A stretch of 63,277 nt of DNA, filler included, from Octopus bimaculoides (GCF_001194135.2; 6 parts of 5 records of this genome joined end to end with filler, not necessarily neighbours in it), one strand, 5' to 3'; shown: positions 28,817 through 39,573, counted from the first letter of the whole stretch. A program made the numbers and translations. Notes: generated from the letters alone by a model not told the origin.

Positions 28817-29133
28817 ATACATACATACATATAAATATGTAAATTATGAATGTATGTGCATATGTATATGTACGTGTGTGTATCTGTGGGCACTTATACC
28901 TGTGCGTNNNNNNNNNNNNNNNNNNNNNNNNNNNNNNNNNNNNNNNNNNNNTTAATTAATTAANNNNNNNNNNNNNNNNNNNNNNNNNNNNNNNNNNNNN
29001 NNNNNNNTCTTCTTCTTCTTCTTCTTCTTCTTCTTCTTCTTCTTCTTCTTCTTCTTCTTCTGCTTCTTCTTCTTCCATTCCTTCATTATCATCATCACAA
29101 TTAAATTGATCACTAATGCGTTTATCGTTCCAG

Positions 29134-29258
29134 CTGCTGTAGGAATCACGACCATTGCTACGAACGCGTCAATCGAGTTCAGTGTAATTCCCTCACACAT
29201 ACAAAAGTTTATTTCGCTTCATATCATTGGTATAAACATCAAGGATTAATCTATTGTT
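29134..29258 (+). CDS. Secreted phospholipase A2, catalytic exon
   Basis: Branch-like cactaat at 29111, acceptor tttatcgttccAG at 29132-33 and donor GTAAGT at 29259. Translates as CCRNHDHCYERVNRVQCNSLTHTKVYFASYHWYKHQGLIYC, containing the CCxxHDxCY His-Asp motif of sPLA2. Confidence 0.9.
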
Positions 29259-29407
29259 GTAAGTATATGCATTATCATCAAAATATTAAACGTACACACA
29301 GGTTGAGTAAAAAGTTTTTTCGTATTTTAAGCTTTAATTAATAGTTTAAACAGATTGAATGCGAAAAGTGTTTATTCATCAACATGAACTGAATTGGTTC
29401 TCTATCG

Positions 29408-29688
29408 ATTACAACAACGAGGGTTCCAGTTGATCCGATCAACGGAACAGCCTCCCCATGAAATTAACGTGTAAGTGGTTGAGCACTCCACAGACACGGG
29501 TATCTTTAACATAATTCACAAGGAGATTCGGCACGATACAGAATGTGACAAGGCTGGCTCCTTTGAAATACTGGTACAGCTCAATTGTTGACAGTTGAGT
29601 GGACTGGAGCAACGTGAAATAAAGGGTTTTGCTCAAGGACACAACGTGCGGACGGGAATCGAATTCATGACCTTACTCTAACCACCAC
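29408..29688 (-). mobile_element. tRNA-derived SINE (same family as 28517-28816)
   Basis: Shares ggttccagttgatccgatcaacggaacagc...gagcactccacagacacg...ctggagcaacgtgaaat...aaggacacaacg. Confidence 0.8.
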
Positions 29689-29749
29689 GTGTTTTCACAT
29701 TCATCAACATATGATTTATTTTCTGTTACATAATTTATTTTCTTTTGTG

Positions 29750-30380
29750 CCAGGAGCTCAATTCAATGCTTTAAGCATTTGGTTGGTTTGGAGGCAAAAC
29801 ACACCCTACTCTCGTTTTTAACTTCATCCACACTGTCAAACCTCAGTCTGTGCAGGAAATGAGCCATGATTCCAAAAGTGATAACCTGGCGGTGCAAAGT
29901 CTGGACCGTAGGCAGAGTGAGGCAGCCCTTCCATCCCCTTAAGTTTGCACTTGGTCATATTGGCAGTGTGTGTCGGGGTACAGTGTCATGCTGTAGGAGT
30001 GCGTGTCATTGAGAGCTTATGGAAGTGTTGATTGATGGTGCTTTGTGAAGGACCAAGTTCTGCCGGCAATGTACGAGTGCTTGTGCTTGGCTGTTATTCA
30101 ACTATTTCAAGTAAGGCTTCATCTCTCACACCAGCAGTTCTCCCTGACCAAGAAAGGCGAGTTCAGCCTCCAAGGCTGGTGTCATCTTCCTTGAAACATT
30201 TGAACTAATTTTGTACAACACATTCGTTGGCAATACCTTGGCCTTTGGACGCAGCCCTTGTACTAGGTAATTTTTTCCACAGGCGGTGTAAAATGGCTTT
30301 AATTGCAATTTTTCACCACTCATTATCAAAGCTACAAAATAAGGAATAGGCAATTCAGCATGAGTGGATAACAAGTTATA
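29750..30380 (-). mobile_element. Mariner transposase remnant (catalytic C-terminal half)
   Basis: LLQHD, LPHSAYGPDFAP (the LPHPxYSPDLAP motif) and MAHFLHRLRFDSVDEVKNE across frameshifts. Confidence 0.75.
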
Positions 30381-30589
30381 TTTAATTGATATAACATGGC
30401 AGCATAATTTGCCAAAAGTGATCAGTTAAAATTCGAAAAAAGCTTTCATCTCAACCTGGTATACATACATGTGTGTATGTATGTATGTATGTATGTATGT
30501 ATGTATCTATGTATGTATGTATGTGTATGTGCGTGTATGTGTGTGTGTGTGTGTGCACGTGTGCATGTGCGTGTCTTTAAGCTTCTATC

Positions 30590-30780
30590 TAAACCGCTTG
30601 ACAATTGGTGTTGCTTTGTTTAAGTCACAGTAGTTTAACAGTTTAGCCAAAGAATCCGATAGAATGTGTATAAGATTTAAAAAGGATTAGTACAGGGGTA
30701 GATATACTCGATACAGGGCGGTGTTGCAGCATAAGCCTCAGTCCAATGATTGAAACAAAAGAAACAATAAATACAAAAGA
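30590..30780 (+). mobile_element. 3' half of an abundant SINE (gcttgacaac...ccgatagaata...aaggcggtg family)
   Basis: Same ordered motifs as 56000-56180 and 54600-54800. Confidence 0.6.
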
Positions 30781-30789
30781 AACTGGAAT

Positions 30790-31430
30790 TTTGCAATATT
30801 ATTTCATTCACTTTTTTTTACAGTTTACACTTTTATTTGAAGCAATACTTCGGTCCAGACGCGTTTTCCACTGTTCGAAGCAGTGCTGGTGCTCTTGCGA
30901 AGTGATGCCTTTTAAGTCCGCCGACGTTTTTTCTTTCCATCTGCAAATTCCGTAGCACCAGCTTTCGTCACCAGTGATGACCTCCGAAAAAAGGTTCAGA
31001 TCAACTTCCAGCTGTTCTTTCAGTTCGCGACACGCATTCGGTCGTGACTGCTTTTGATCTTCTGTGAGCAAACGAGGCACAAATTTTGCAGCAACTTTTT
31101 TCATTCGCAGTTCCTCGCTCAAAATTCATTGGCAGGAGCTCTAGGACACACCAGTCATATCAACAAGTTCGTCAATTGTTCGATGACTGTTCTCCAAGAT
31201 CAGTTCATGAATTTTCGTGATGTTTTCATTCATTCGGGAGGTCGACAGTCGTCCTGAAGGAGATTGGTCTTCAAGCGGTAAATTATCATTCCTAAATTTG
31301 TGTTTTGCTCATGGCTGCGTCCTTGTAAGCTGTTCAGCTCATGACAGCTGTTTTGGCCGCCGTTTTCTCCCGCAGAAAACAGAATTTCACGGAAGCACGC
31401 TGTTCCTTCGTTTCAGCCATCGCAAAAATT
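30790..31430 (-). mobile_element. Internally deleted mariner element
   Basis: ATG at 31420: MAETKEQRASVKFCFL..TAYKDAAMSKTQ..; SEELRMKKVAAKFVPRLLTEDQK..VITGDESWCYG is joined directly to the C-terminal LKGITS..CFEQWKTRLDRSIASN. A (TA)n run flanks it at 31436. Confidence 0.9.
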
Positions 31431-31432
31431 GA

Positions 31433-31475
<43 letters not shown>

Positions 31476-31841
31476 GTGCACTGTTGTACTTTGGGTGAGT
31501 CATACTGCCAATAAAATCACATGCACTGGTTATGTTTCACTTAAGTTTTATTACCTGTCACTTAGATAATTAATTAATTAATTAATCGATAAGTTTGTGA
31601 AAGTCCTTTCGTTACAGACTTTGATCTTATCACAAGACTTCTGAGATGATCAATAATTATTCATTAAGCTGCTGAGGTGAAAGAGATGACAAGGTCACAA
31701 TCTGTGACAAAAGGACTTTGACACTAATCGTTCAACTGATGAACTGGTCAAATATTTAATTGATTGGTAATAAAACTAATCTGAAATACAACCAGTGAGT
31801 GTGTGTTTTTTAATTATTAGTATGACCCGCACCTCCCGTAT

Positions 31842-32040
31842 GGCGGCGAGCTGGCAGAATCGTTAGCATGCCGGGCAAAATGCTTAGCGGCATTTCGTCC
31901 GTCTTTACGAGGTCAACTTTGCCTTTTTTTCCTTTCGGGGTCGATAAATTAAGTGCCAGTGAAACACTAGGTCGATGTAATCGACTTACCCACTATCCAC
32001 AAAATTTCAGGCCTTGTGCCTTAAGTAGAAAGGATTATTA
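31842..32040 (+). mobile_element. SINE (ggcggcgagctggcagaa family; Meta-domain-like core)
   Basis: tRNA-like head plus ggtcaactttgcctttt..cctttcggggtcgataaattaagtgccag core; several copies in the window. Confidence 0.85.
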
Positions 32041-32163
32041 GTTTGACCCTCATAATATACAACAATATCAGCTTCAAAACATTTTCTCATGAAGAGTATT
32101 TTAAAACAAATACAGATATGAAGTTTAATCATTTGTGTTTTCTTTTTCTTCTCTCTTTTCTAG

Positions 32164-32306
32164 TGAATAGTGATGAATGTCAGCAGGCTACGTGTATGTG
32201 TGATAAAAAAGCATCAATCTGCTTCTATAATCATCTCATTGAGTACAATGAATCGAACCAATTGCCATTCAGTAAATTAATAGGTGGTCTTTTCAACCAT
32301 CGCTGA
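32164..32306 (+). CDS. Secreted phospholipase A2, terminal exon
   Basis: Long polypyrimidine tract plus AG at 32162-63. The phase-1 join with 29258 (t+tg = Leu) gives NSDECQQATCMCDKKASICFYNHLIEYNESNQLPFSKLIGGLFNHR*; CxxxxCxCDxxAxxCF carries the second catalytic Asp. Confidence 0.88.
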
Positions 32307-32380
32307 AAATTTATTTTGCTTCAGCCAACTCTGGGCACTATTTTTTCATCAACTGTTTCTGCAATTCACAGTAAATCGCC

Positions 32381-32386
32381 AATAAA
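32381..32386 (+). terminator. Polyadenylation signal AATAAA of the PLA2 gene
   Basis: AATAAA lies 75 nt after the stop codon and is followed by a genomic A22 run at 32406-32427. Confidence 0.6.
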
Positions 32387-33639
32387 ACAAGAAAATGAGA
32401 CTAAGAAAAAAAAAAAAAAAAAAAAAAGAACAGTCATCATTGCAACATTTCCTCATGTTGTTGATGTTGTTGATGTTGTTGATGTTTTCTGCCAGATCAA
32501 CCGTCTTAGAACACTTATGATCTAAGGCAATCTCGCAGTGACCATCCGGTCGTTTGTTTTTCAGACAAGGTGTAGCTAGAGCTACTTTATCTAATGCGCC
32601 CTTCCTTTGATTTGAGAGAAATTTGACTGCTATTTCTAAAAGACTGAGCGACCACGTCTTCATTGAACAGTCTTGTACTTGTTGGCATGAGAATTGTTAG
32701 CGCATCGGAGAAAATGGCTCTTTGTGCTCTGAGTTCAAATACCTTTGAATTGATAAAATAATGTACCAGAGAAGTACTAGAGTTGAGGTAATGAACTTGA
32801 CCCCCTCCTTCAAAAATGCTAGTCTAGTACCAAAATTAAAAGCAATTATGAAATTAGATTTGTGCAGTACATCTATTCTCGCTTATCACTGATTCATTCA
32901 AAACTGATCTGGGATAACACGGTACACTAAACTGTGAACCACGTTGCGCTAATCACGGATTAATCCGTGATAAATGATCAGTTAACGATTTTACTTGAAC
33001 AACAAAAGTGCGCCCCGGCAACTATCCACAATGCTCAGCTACCCAGAATGAATTGTTTACAATCTATACTTACATCACCATGCTGGGGAACTGGGTATTT
33101 TTTTAATACGGATTTACGTACACGTAGCCATCGACATGCGATTAATGAGCAGAAAAAGTATTTTTCGTTGTTATATTCTTATTGTTTACTGACCATATAT
33201 TATTAAATTTTCCTCTATATACTAATCCAACTATGAAACAATCTCATGTGTATTTAAAATCTGTTCGGGGGTGTCATTTGGTTAAGTTAGTAGTGGGACA
33301 GCTTGCGGTCTCGGAATGAAACCTATTTTTCTAATGCGTTTGATCCATTTATGAACGATTCATTTAACACTGTCTTTTTTAAACCAGACTCGCGTGATAA
33401 ACAAGGGTAAGCGTATATTACAGTGTAGGGAACACAACAGTATCATTTGAAGATAGTGGACAAACATTTGAAATATCGTCAGTTTGTATCTAACCAGGCT
33501 GTGATTATGAGCAAGAAACATAACTCATGAATGACTAACTTTTGTTTGTACGTTGTTGCTGTTTATCCCCAGGTCAGCTCTGATCGGTTACTGTTATTTC
33601 ACTTGTAACCTTCTTATCTGAGACTACATCGTCCACTAT

Positions 33640-34080
33640 ATCCGTCACTCACAAAGCATTGGTCGGTCCGAGACTATAGTACAGTGCTGGTCAACCTGAG
33701 GCCCGGTGCAGCATGCGGCCTGAAGACTTTTATCGATACTTTCTTGAAATGGGTTTATTTAAACAAACATTTAAAAATATTTAGCAAAAAATTCAAGATT
33801 GTAATGAAATTAAAAAAGAAAGATACTACTGTTTTTGCAACAATATTTCATGTTGAATCAACGATCATCCATTCATTATTTGCATGAGAAAGCAAAATGC
33901 TTTCAATTCTGTAAGTATACAAGCGGCCCTCAAAAAACTTTCTGTGATTAAAGTGGCCTGCACTATAATTCGAGTTGGCCAGTCCTGCTATAGTAGAAAA
34001 CATTTACCCAAAGTGCACGCATTGGGACTGAACCCGAAACTTGTTGGTTGAAAATGAGCTTCTTAACCACACAGCTATAC
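33640..34080 (-). mobile_element. SINE 5' half (CORE-like) split by a hAT MITE
   Basis: The reverse complement reads gctgtgtggttaagaagctc..ttcagtccca..ctttgggtaaatgttttctactatag|..|tctcggaccgaccaatgctttgtgagtg, colinear with the copy at 55780-55900. Confidence 0.8.
33682..33987. mobile_element. hAT-type MITE (306 bp) with perfect 8-bp TSD CTATAGTA
   Basis: TIRs CAGTGCTGGTCAAC / CAGGACTGGCCAAC (11 of 14 match); TSD at 33674-33681 and 33988-33995. Confidence 0.9.
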
Positions 34081-34168
34081 TTCTAGATCCTATAGCTTCG
34101 GAATTTTTCTTATAATGTGCCCAACATCCTTAATAAAAATTATTATTATAATTATTATCATTGAGCAA

Positions 34169-34558
34169 GGCGGTGAGCTGGCAGAATCGTTAGCACGCTG
34201 GACAAAATGAGTTCAAATTCTGCCGAGGTCAATTTTGCCTTCCATCCTTCCTGTGTCGATAAATTAAGTACCAGTGAAATACTGGGATCGATGTAACCGA
34301 CTAATCCCCTCTCCCCGGTCTTTAATAGAAAGGATTATTATAATTATTAAGGCAGCAAGCTGGCAGAATTGTTAGCACGCCGGGCAAAATACTTAGCGGT
34401 ATTTCGCTCGTTGCCACTTTCTGGGTTCAAATTCCGCCGAGGTCGACTTTGCCTTTCATCCTTTCGGGGTCAGTAAAATAAGTACCAGTGAAACACTAGG
34501 GTCGATGTAATCAACTAGCCTCCTCTCCCAAAATTTCAGGCCTTGTGTCTTTAAAAGA
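34169..34558 (+). mobile_element. Two adjacent SINE copies (ggcgg/ggcag...gagctggcagaa family)
   Basis: Heads at 34169 and 34351, both with the gccgaggtc..tttgcctt..atcctt..gtcgataaatt core. Confidence 0.85.
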
Positions 34559-34559
34559 A

Positions 34560-34960
34560 AGGAGTGAAAGAGCAGCGCATGCCATCAAAATGAAACTGGT
34601 TTACAAATATACGAAGCCCGACTACCCGTCTGATAAGGGTAAACCGGGCTCATGCATCACAACCATATATGTGCGACATGGTGATCTCATATCAAGACAA
34701 ACAGCGCATGACCTTGCAGTTGGGGCCCAGTTAGAATTTTCTTCAGGTTGAGTAGCTCATCCCACTCAAAAGGTCCTTGAATAAGGGTTGTTTAAGAATG
34801 TTGAACAAAACACCCATGTTTCCAGGGTGGTATTATTCAAACCCCAAAAATTCCTCTCAAACATTGCTATGATGTTCCCCCACTACTTCTGCTCGTAATC
34901 AGTGATGCTCATATCGTCAGCCACTAAGAGACATGCTCAACTAGTTATGGTCAAACAACT
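34560..34960. mobile_element. Interspersed repeat (second copy at 37100-37640), probably a LINE 3'UTR or LINE-derived SINE on the minus strand
   Basis: gagagcagcgcatgccatcaaa..catgcatcacaaccatat..ctcaaaaggtcc..gtcagccactaag.gacatgctcaact is present in both places. Confidence 0.65.
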
Positions 34961-34965
34961 GAAAT

Positions 34966-35000
34966 TTCTTCTTCTTCTTCTTCTTCTTCTTCTTCTTCTT

Positions 35001-35031
<31 letters not shown>

Positions 35032-36570
35032 GTTATTTATGTTACATCTCTTCTTCATTCCGCTGCTTAAGGATGTAATTTTTCTCTCAGCACGTGTTGT
35101 TCCAAGTACTGCTGCCAATTGTGTACTTCCTATGAAGTTTGGTATTTGCAGCTTTTGATACCGCACTCACTTTTACATGCCACATTCACTTTTGTGGTTC
35201 TATGGATGCATTTCATTTCCAATGCTAGGTCTTGGTACTTCCCGACTTTTTCGTCTTCAGAATATTCCGATCTGTTGGTAAAGCTATATCGTTGTAGATC
35301 CATTATTTGGACTCTTTCTGTAGGAAAGTGATATCTGCTCGATTATGTTGCAGCTTTTTATCTGTGCATATTGGCATATCCCATGTGACTTTCACCGGAT
35401 CATTCTCTGCTACAGACAAAATTTATTACTTATATCACCTGTTGGATCATTGTAGCCAATACTTCAAACACAACAGCTAGTATATTCGTTCAGTCACTTT
35501 GTCACGGTGTTTTTTTAACTCCCTTTGCACCAGTTTTGAGTATCCACTAATTATATATGTAACTGCCTCAGAAGTTTTCTGACATAATTTACACCAAGGT
35601 GATACTACTGTCATATCAATGCTACACTCGATTGAGTTTTCTTGTAAATCTTGTTCTTGAGTAACAAGAATCGTTCTTTCTCTTTCCCTTAAAAAAAAAA
35701 AACCATGTCATTTCTATCTCCGGATTCTTCATCAGCTTCATCCGTTCTTTGCCGGAAAAAAATCCCTCCCAGAGTCGGACCTTCTCTTTCCATTTGATGA
35801 TCTTTTATTTATTAGTCTCATTTTGAACTTCAGGAGAGTCACACTATTGTCTGTGATCACCTTCTCATTCAGTGCAAAGGGCAACATTCTTTCATCACTA
35901 TACTTCAGATAGGTATGCAAAAGCTTGATCTCCTTCATAAAACTATCCTTTATTACCACCAATCCTCTTCCAACCTCTTTCTTGGGTAAGTAAACCTCGC
36001 TTCGTTACTTCTAGTATGAAGGCACCCATGCATAACCATTCTCTTCCTATTTTTTCTCTCCCTATTGACCAGTTCTTCCTTTGTACATTCCACAATTCCA
36101 ACCGCTGATGTCTCTACCCAGGTTTCCTCCATTCAGCTTGGATCCACATAACTTTTTTACTACTCTGGTATATTCAGAAGAAATTTTTTCCTTCATCTTG
36201 ATGTTCATCATCTGACCTTATCGTAAAACACCAAGATACTTATCTAGACCGAATGCAATCTGGATGTCATGAGAGAAAATTCATACAGTCTCAATAAGGG
36301 AGTCTAGTTGACCTCTGCTAGCTCCGTAAAGCTTCAAATCGCCCATAAACAGCAATTGGTTAATTGGTCTCATGTTTTTCTGCAGTTTGTAACCAAATCT
36401 CAACTTCTATACTATTATTAAACAGCAAGGGTGACACAGGGTCTCTTCGAAAGATTGCCCCCTTGATGTCGATTTGTCCAGCTTCCCCTCCACCTGCTGT
36501 CAAAACTGTCTTCCAGTTCCTCATACTGTTTTGAATAAATATATTCCATTTTTAGTTGCCCCGACCATCT
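34966..36570 (-). mobile_element. 5'-truncated, decayed R4/Dong-like LINE (RT through REL) with (GAA)n tail
   Basis: PINQLLFMGDLKLY at ~36325-36366 (decayed F/YMDD), YLPKKEVGRGL, HRDKV, VKVTWDMPICTDKKLQHNRADI; (TTC)n at 34966-35030. Confidence 0.85.
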
Positions 36571-36614
36571 CCAGGTATTTCAGAAACTACGAGTGAAGAA
36601 TCATATCATATGCC

Positions 36615-37050
36615 CTTATTATTATTATTTTCATTATTATCTTCTGTTTCCATTTCTTGCCAAGTGTCTTCCTGATACCCAGGGCAGAGAAACACACTGT
36701 ATATATTGGCAGGCCATTAAAATAAATACTCCAGATTGTTCATTTACAAAGTCATGTGATAGAGAAAAAGGGGAAGAAAGGAGAGAGAAAAAGGGAAAAA
36801 TAAAAAGTAAACAAGTAAACAAAGATAATTAAGGGGAAAGGGAAAGAAAATTCAGGGCGACAATACTCTTCTCAGTACGTGTGGTGTACCATTTAAGACA
36901 ATCTTTTGCACTTCCTGCATGGATGGTAAACCAGAGATCATTCTTAAATCACTTTCAGTTCCTTTTTTGATCGTTCCAAGTGCTCCTACATTCACTGATA
37001 TTGTAACCGTCTTGAGAAACCACATCTTTTCGATTTCGATTAAAAATCTT
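36615..37050 (-). mobile_element. R4/Dong-like LINE 3' end with (TAA)n tail
   Basis: IEIEKMWFLKTVTISVNVGALGTIKKG..QEVQKIVLNGTPHVLRRVLSP*; tail at ~36617-36640. Confidence 0.8.
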
Positions 37051-37099
37051 TATATTTTCTGAGTTTATTATTATTATTATAATTATTATTATTATTATT

Positions 37100-37640
37100 A
37101 GTGAGTGAGAGAGCAGCACATGCTATCAAAGTGATGCTAGAGTATAAATCTACGAAACTCAATATACACATCATGACTACCCATCTGATATGGGTACACC
37201 AGGCACATGCATCACAACCATATGTGCGTGACATAGAAATCTCATAAGGAAATAAGCAAGTGGGGTGGAGGTGTTTCAGTCAGAATTTTTTTCAGGTCGA
37301 ATTGCTCATCCGTCTCAAAAGGTCCATGAATAAGAGTTATTTAAAAATGCTGAATGAAACAGCTATGTCATCAGAGGGGAATTATTCAAATCCCAAAGAA
37401 TTCCTCTCAGCGCATGGCTATGATGTACTCTCGCTACTTCTGCTTGTAACCAAAAATGTACATAATGTCAGCCACTAAGGGACATGCTCAACTGGTTAAG
37501 TTCAAACAGCTGACAAGTAAATCTGCGGTACTGAGCAAAATATTTGTTGCAGCCCATCTTTTACGCTAAGACAAAACATGTACATGTTAGTTAATACTTC
37601 CAATCAGTTAAGATCAGAAGCTGTGAGAGACTCTGCCTGA
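37100..37640. mobile_element. Interspersed repeat, same family as 34560-34960, abutting a (TTA)n run
   Basis: Colinear similarity with 34560-34960; (TTA)n at ~37066-37100. Confidence 0.65.
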
Positions 37641-37653
37641 TACATCTAAGCTT

Positions 37654-38010
37654 TTATTATTATTATTTTATGTTTGACTTTTGTTTTGCATTTGTACAAG
37701 TTGGATCCAAGTCTCACCCAGAGACCTCAAGAGACAACAAGTTAGAAGTTCATGTAGGTGTTATGCCTAGGGTACCATATATTTGGATTTGTACAGTTTT
37801 GTTCAAGTGAATGTTTAAGAAACCATAAGAAAATAATGTGTTTGCTTTAAAATTTGCGATCACATAGACAGTATTTTACGTAGGATATGGGCAGTTCCAA
37901 CGAGCACTATCTTTTGAACTTCAGCCATTTTGGGGTTTCCTGGAATCTGATCTAGGTAGTAACCAGCCCGTTTTGCTGTCATTCCCAGGGCACCTATGAC
38001 AATAGGTATT
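37654..38010 (-). mobile_element. R4/Dong-like LINE 3' end with (TAA)n tail
   Basis: IPIVIGALGMTAKRAGYYLDQIPGNPKMAEVQKIVLVGTAHILRKILSM*. Confidence 0.85.
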
Positions 38011-38813
38011 NNNNNNNNNNNNNNNNNNNNNNNNNNNNNNNNNNNNNNNNNNNNTTAATTAATTAANNNNNNNNNNNNNNNNNNNNNNNNNNNNNNNNNN
38101 NNNNNNNNNNTATATATATATATATATATATATATGAAAATAAGGTAGGACAAGTGTTATGTCTAACGAGACAGCAACATGTGTCTTCGGATGTCCTCTT
38201 CTCGTCAGAGAGTAAGCCTGTCTTTTTCGTTGATGGCAAGTCAACTTCGGAGAATTCTTGATTTTAAATTTTATTTCTCCTCATATACAGCTGATCTTAA
38301 CTGCCATTTGGTAGTTTTGTCACATCCTCTGAATACAATGATGGTTTTGATGAATTGAGAATATAAATATGTATGTATTCTTCCTACCTTGATTTCCATG
38401 AGTGTTCTAAATATTCAACTAACTGAAACGAAATTTATGCGTAACTGGTTGAATATTTCACAAATAGGTGTATCTTTAGCGTAGTTCTCATGCACAGTCT
38501 TTCATGACTCAGTTTGTAACGCTACTGCACGTTTGACTTGTAGTTACAGTCCATTTGACAGACTTCCAAAGCGTTCCGTCTTCACTGTTTCATTCATTCG
38601 TCGGTGGGCGAAACAAGGTTACGACAATCTTGCTCGTGATACACACTGTGAGATCGAACTTGATTGCATAGCGGATTTCCTAAACATTACACACACGCGC
38701 GCGCGCGCACGCACGCACGTATGCAAGCACGCACACATTCTAATTTAATCTTCCATATCTTAAAATGTACTTCCTTGCGACAATGTAAACTTCAATTTAA
38801 TCAAGATACCTTT

Positions 38814-38900
38814 GGCCTGACGATTAGCCTGCGGTATAAACCGCGCTTGGATATTCACCACTTCTGAGGTTCCGCTCGCTATGAAACATATGTAACCCGG
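38814..38900 (+). ncRNA. Type I hammerhead-ribozyme-like motif (partly decayed)
   Basis: CUGACGA at 38817-23, stem II closed by UAGC/GCUA, GAAAC at 38883-87, palindromic ACAUAUGU stem III and a GUA triplet. Stem I is weak and 10.1-11.1 is U-U. Confidence 0.6.
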
Positions 38901-39196
38901 ATTTTATCTACTCCAGTCTTTAACTCTTGTATTCTTATTCGCACACCCGGCAACTCTGGTGACCCACCGCGAAATATAAAACTTTTTTTCAGTTTATCGT
39001 ACTTCGATACGAAAAAGATCCACAACCTTCCGTCTCAATAAACCACTATTGTCCCTGAAAGTTCTTTTTTGCATTTACTACGGATTGCTTGAAGCTAACT
39101 TTCTTCTTACACATCAATCCCTGGATCTTATATATAGCTTATTTTGGAAAATCGCCAGAAATCGGTTGAGGACTCTGCCCCGCAGAAGAATCCAAT

Positions 39197-39290
39197 ATGG
39201 ACGCCTACTACATTGATTATTCTATGAAAAACATATCTATACCATCTAAGAAACTTTTGGAGAAAATTAGAGATTTTTTTCTCGATGGCC
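39197..39290 (+). mobile_element. N-terminal fragment of a Penelope-like ORF
   Basis: MDAYYIDYSMKNISIPSKKLLEKI resembles the recalled PLE N-terminal motif YSxKNIPIPSK..LIEK; it lies between two hammerhead motifs. Confidence 0.5.
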
Positions 39291-39291
39291 C

Positions 39292-39352
39292 GATAACTGA
39301 AGAGATGCCGGCGTGGGTTTCCGCCTCGACATCCGAAACTCGGAGTTTTATC
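39292..39352 (+). ncRNA. Type I hammerhead-ribozyme motif
   Basis: Stem I GAUAA(39292-96)/UUAUC(39348-52), CUGAAGA at 39297-303, a degenerate GAUG..CAUC stem II, GAAAC at 39335-39, near-palindromic AACUCGGAGUU stem III and a GUU triplet. Confidence 0.7.
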
Positions 39353-39449
39353 ATGGCTACCGAATAATTGTCACATATTATATTTACAGATATATATATA
39401 TATACAAAGAAAGAAAGAGAGAGATAGAGAGAGACAGACAGAGAGAGAT

Positions 39450-39573
<124 letters not shown>

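Noticed and set aside
32043-32163. N-terminal part of ORF 32043-32306 as a signal peptide (FLFLLSFL)
   Set aside because: It is the translated polypyrimidine tract of the intron; the real coding part begins at 32164.
38175-38215. Minus-strand CUGACGA...GAAGAC-ACAU-GUU
   Set aside because: GAAG replaces GAAA, and stems I and II do not pair convincingly.
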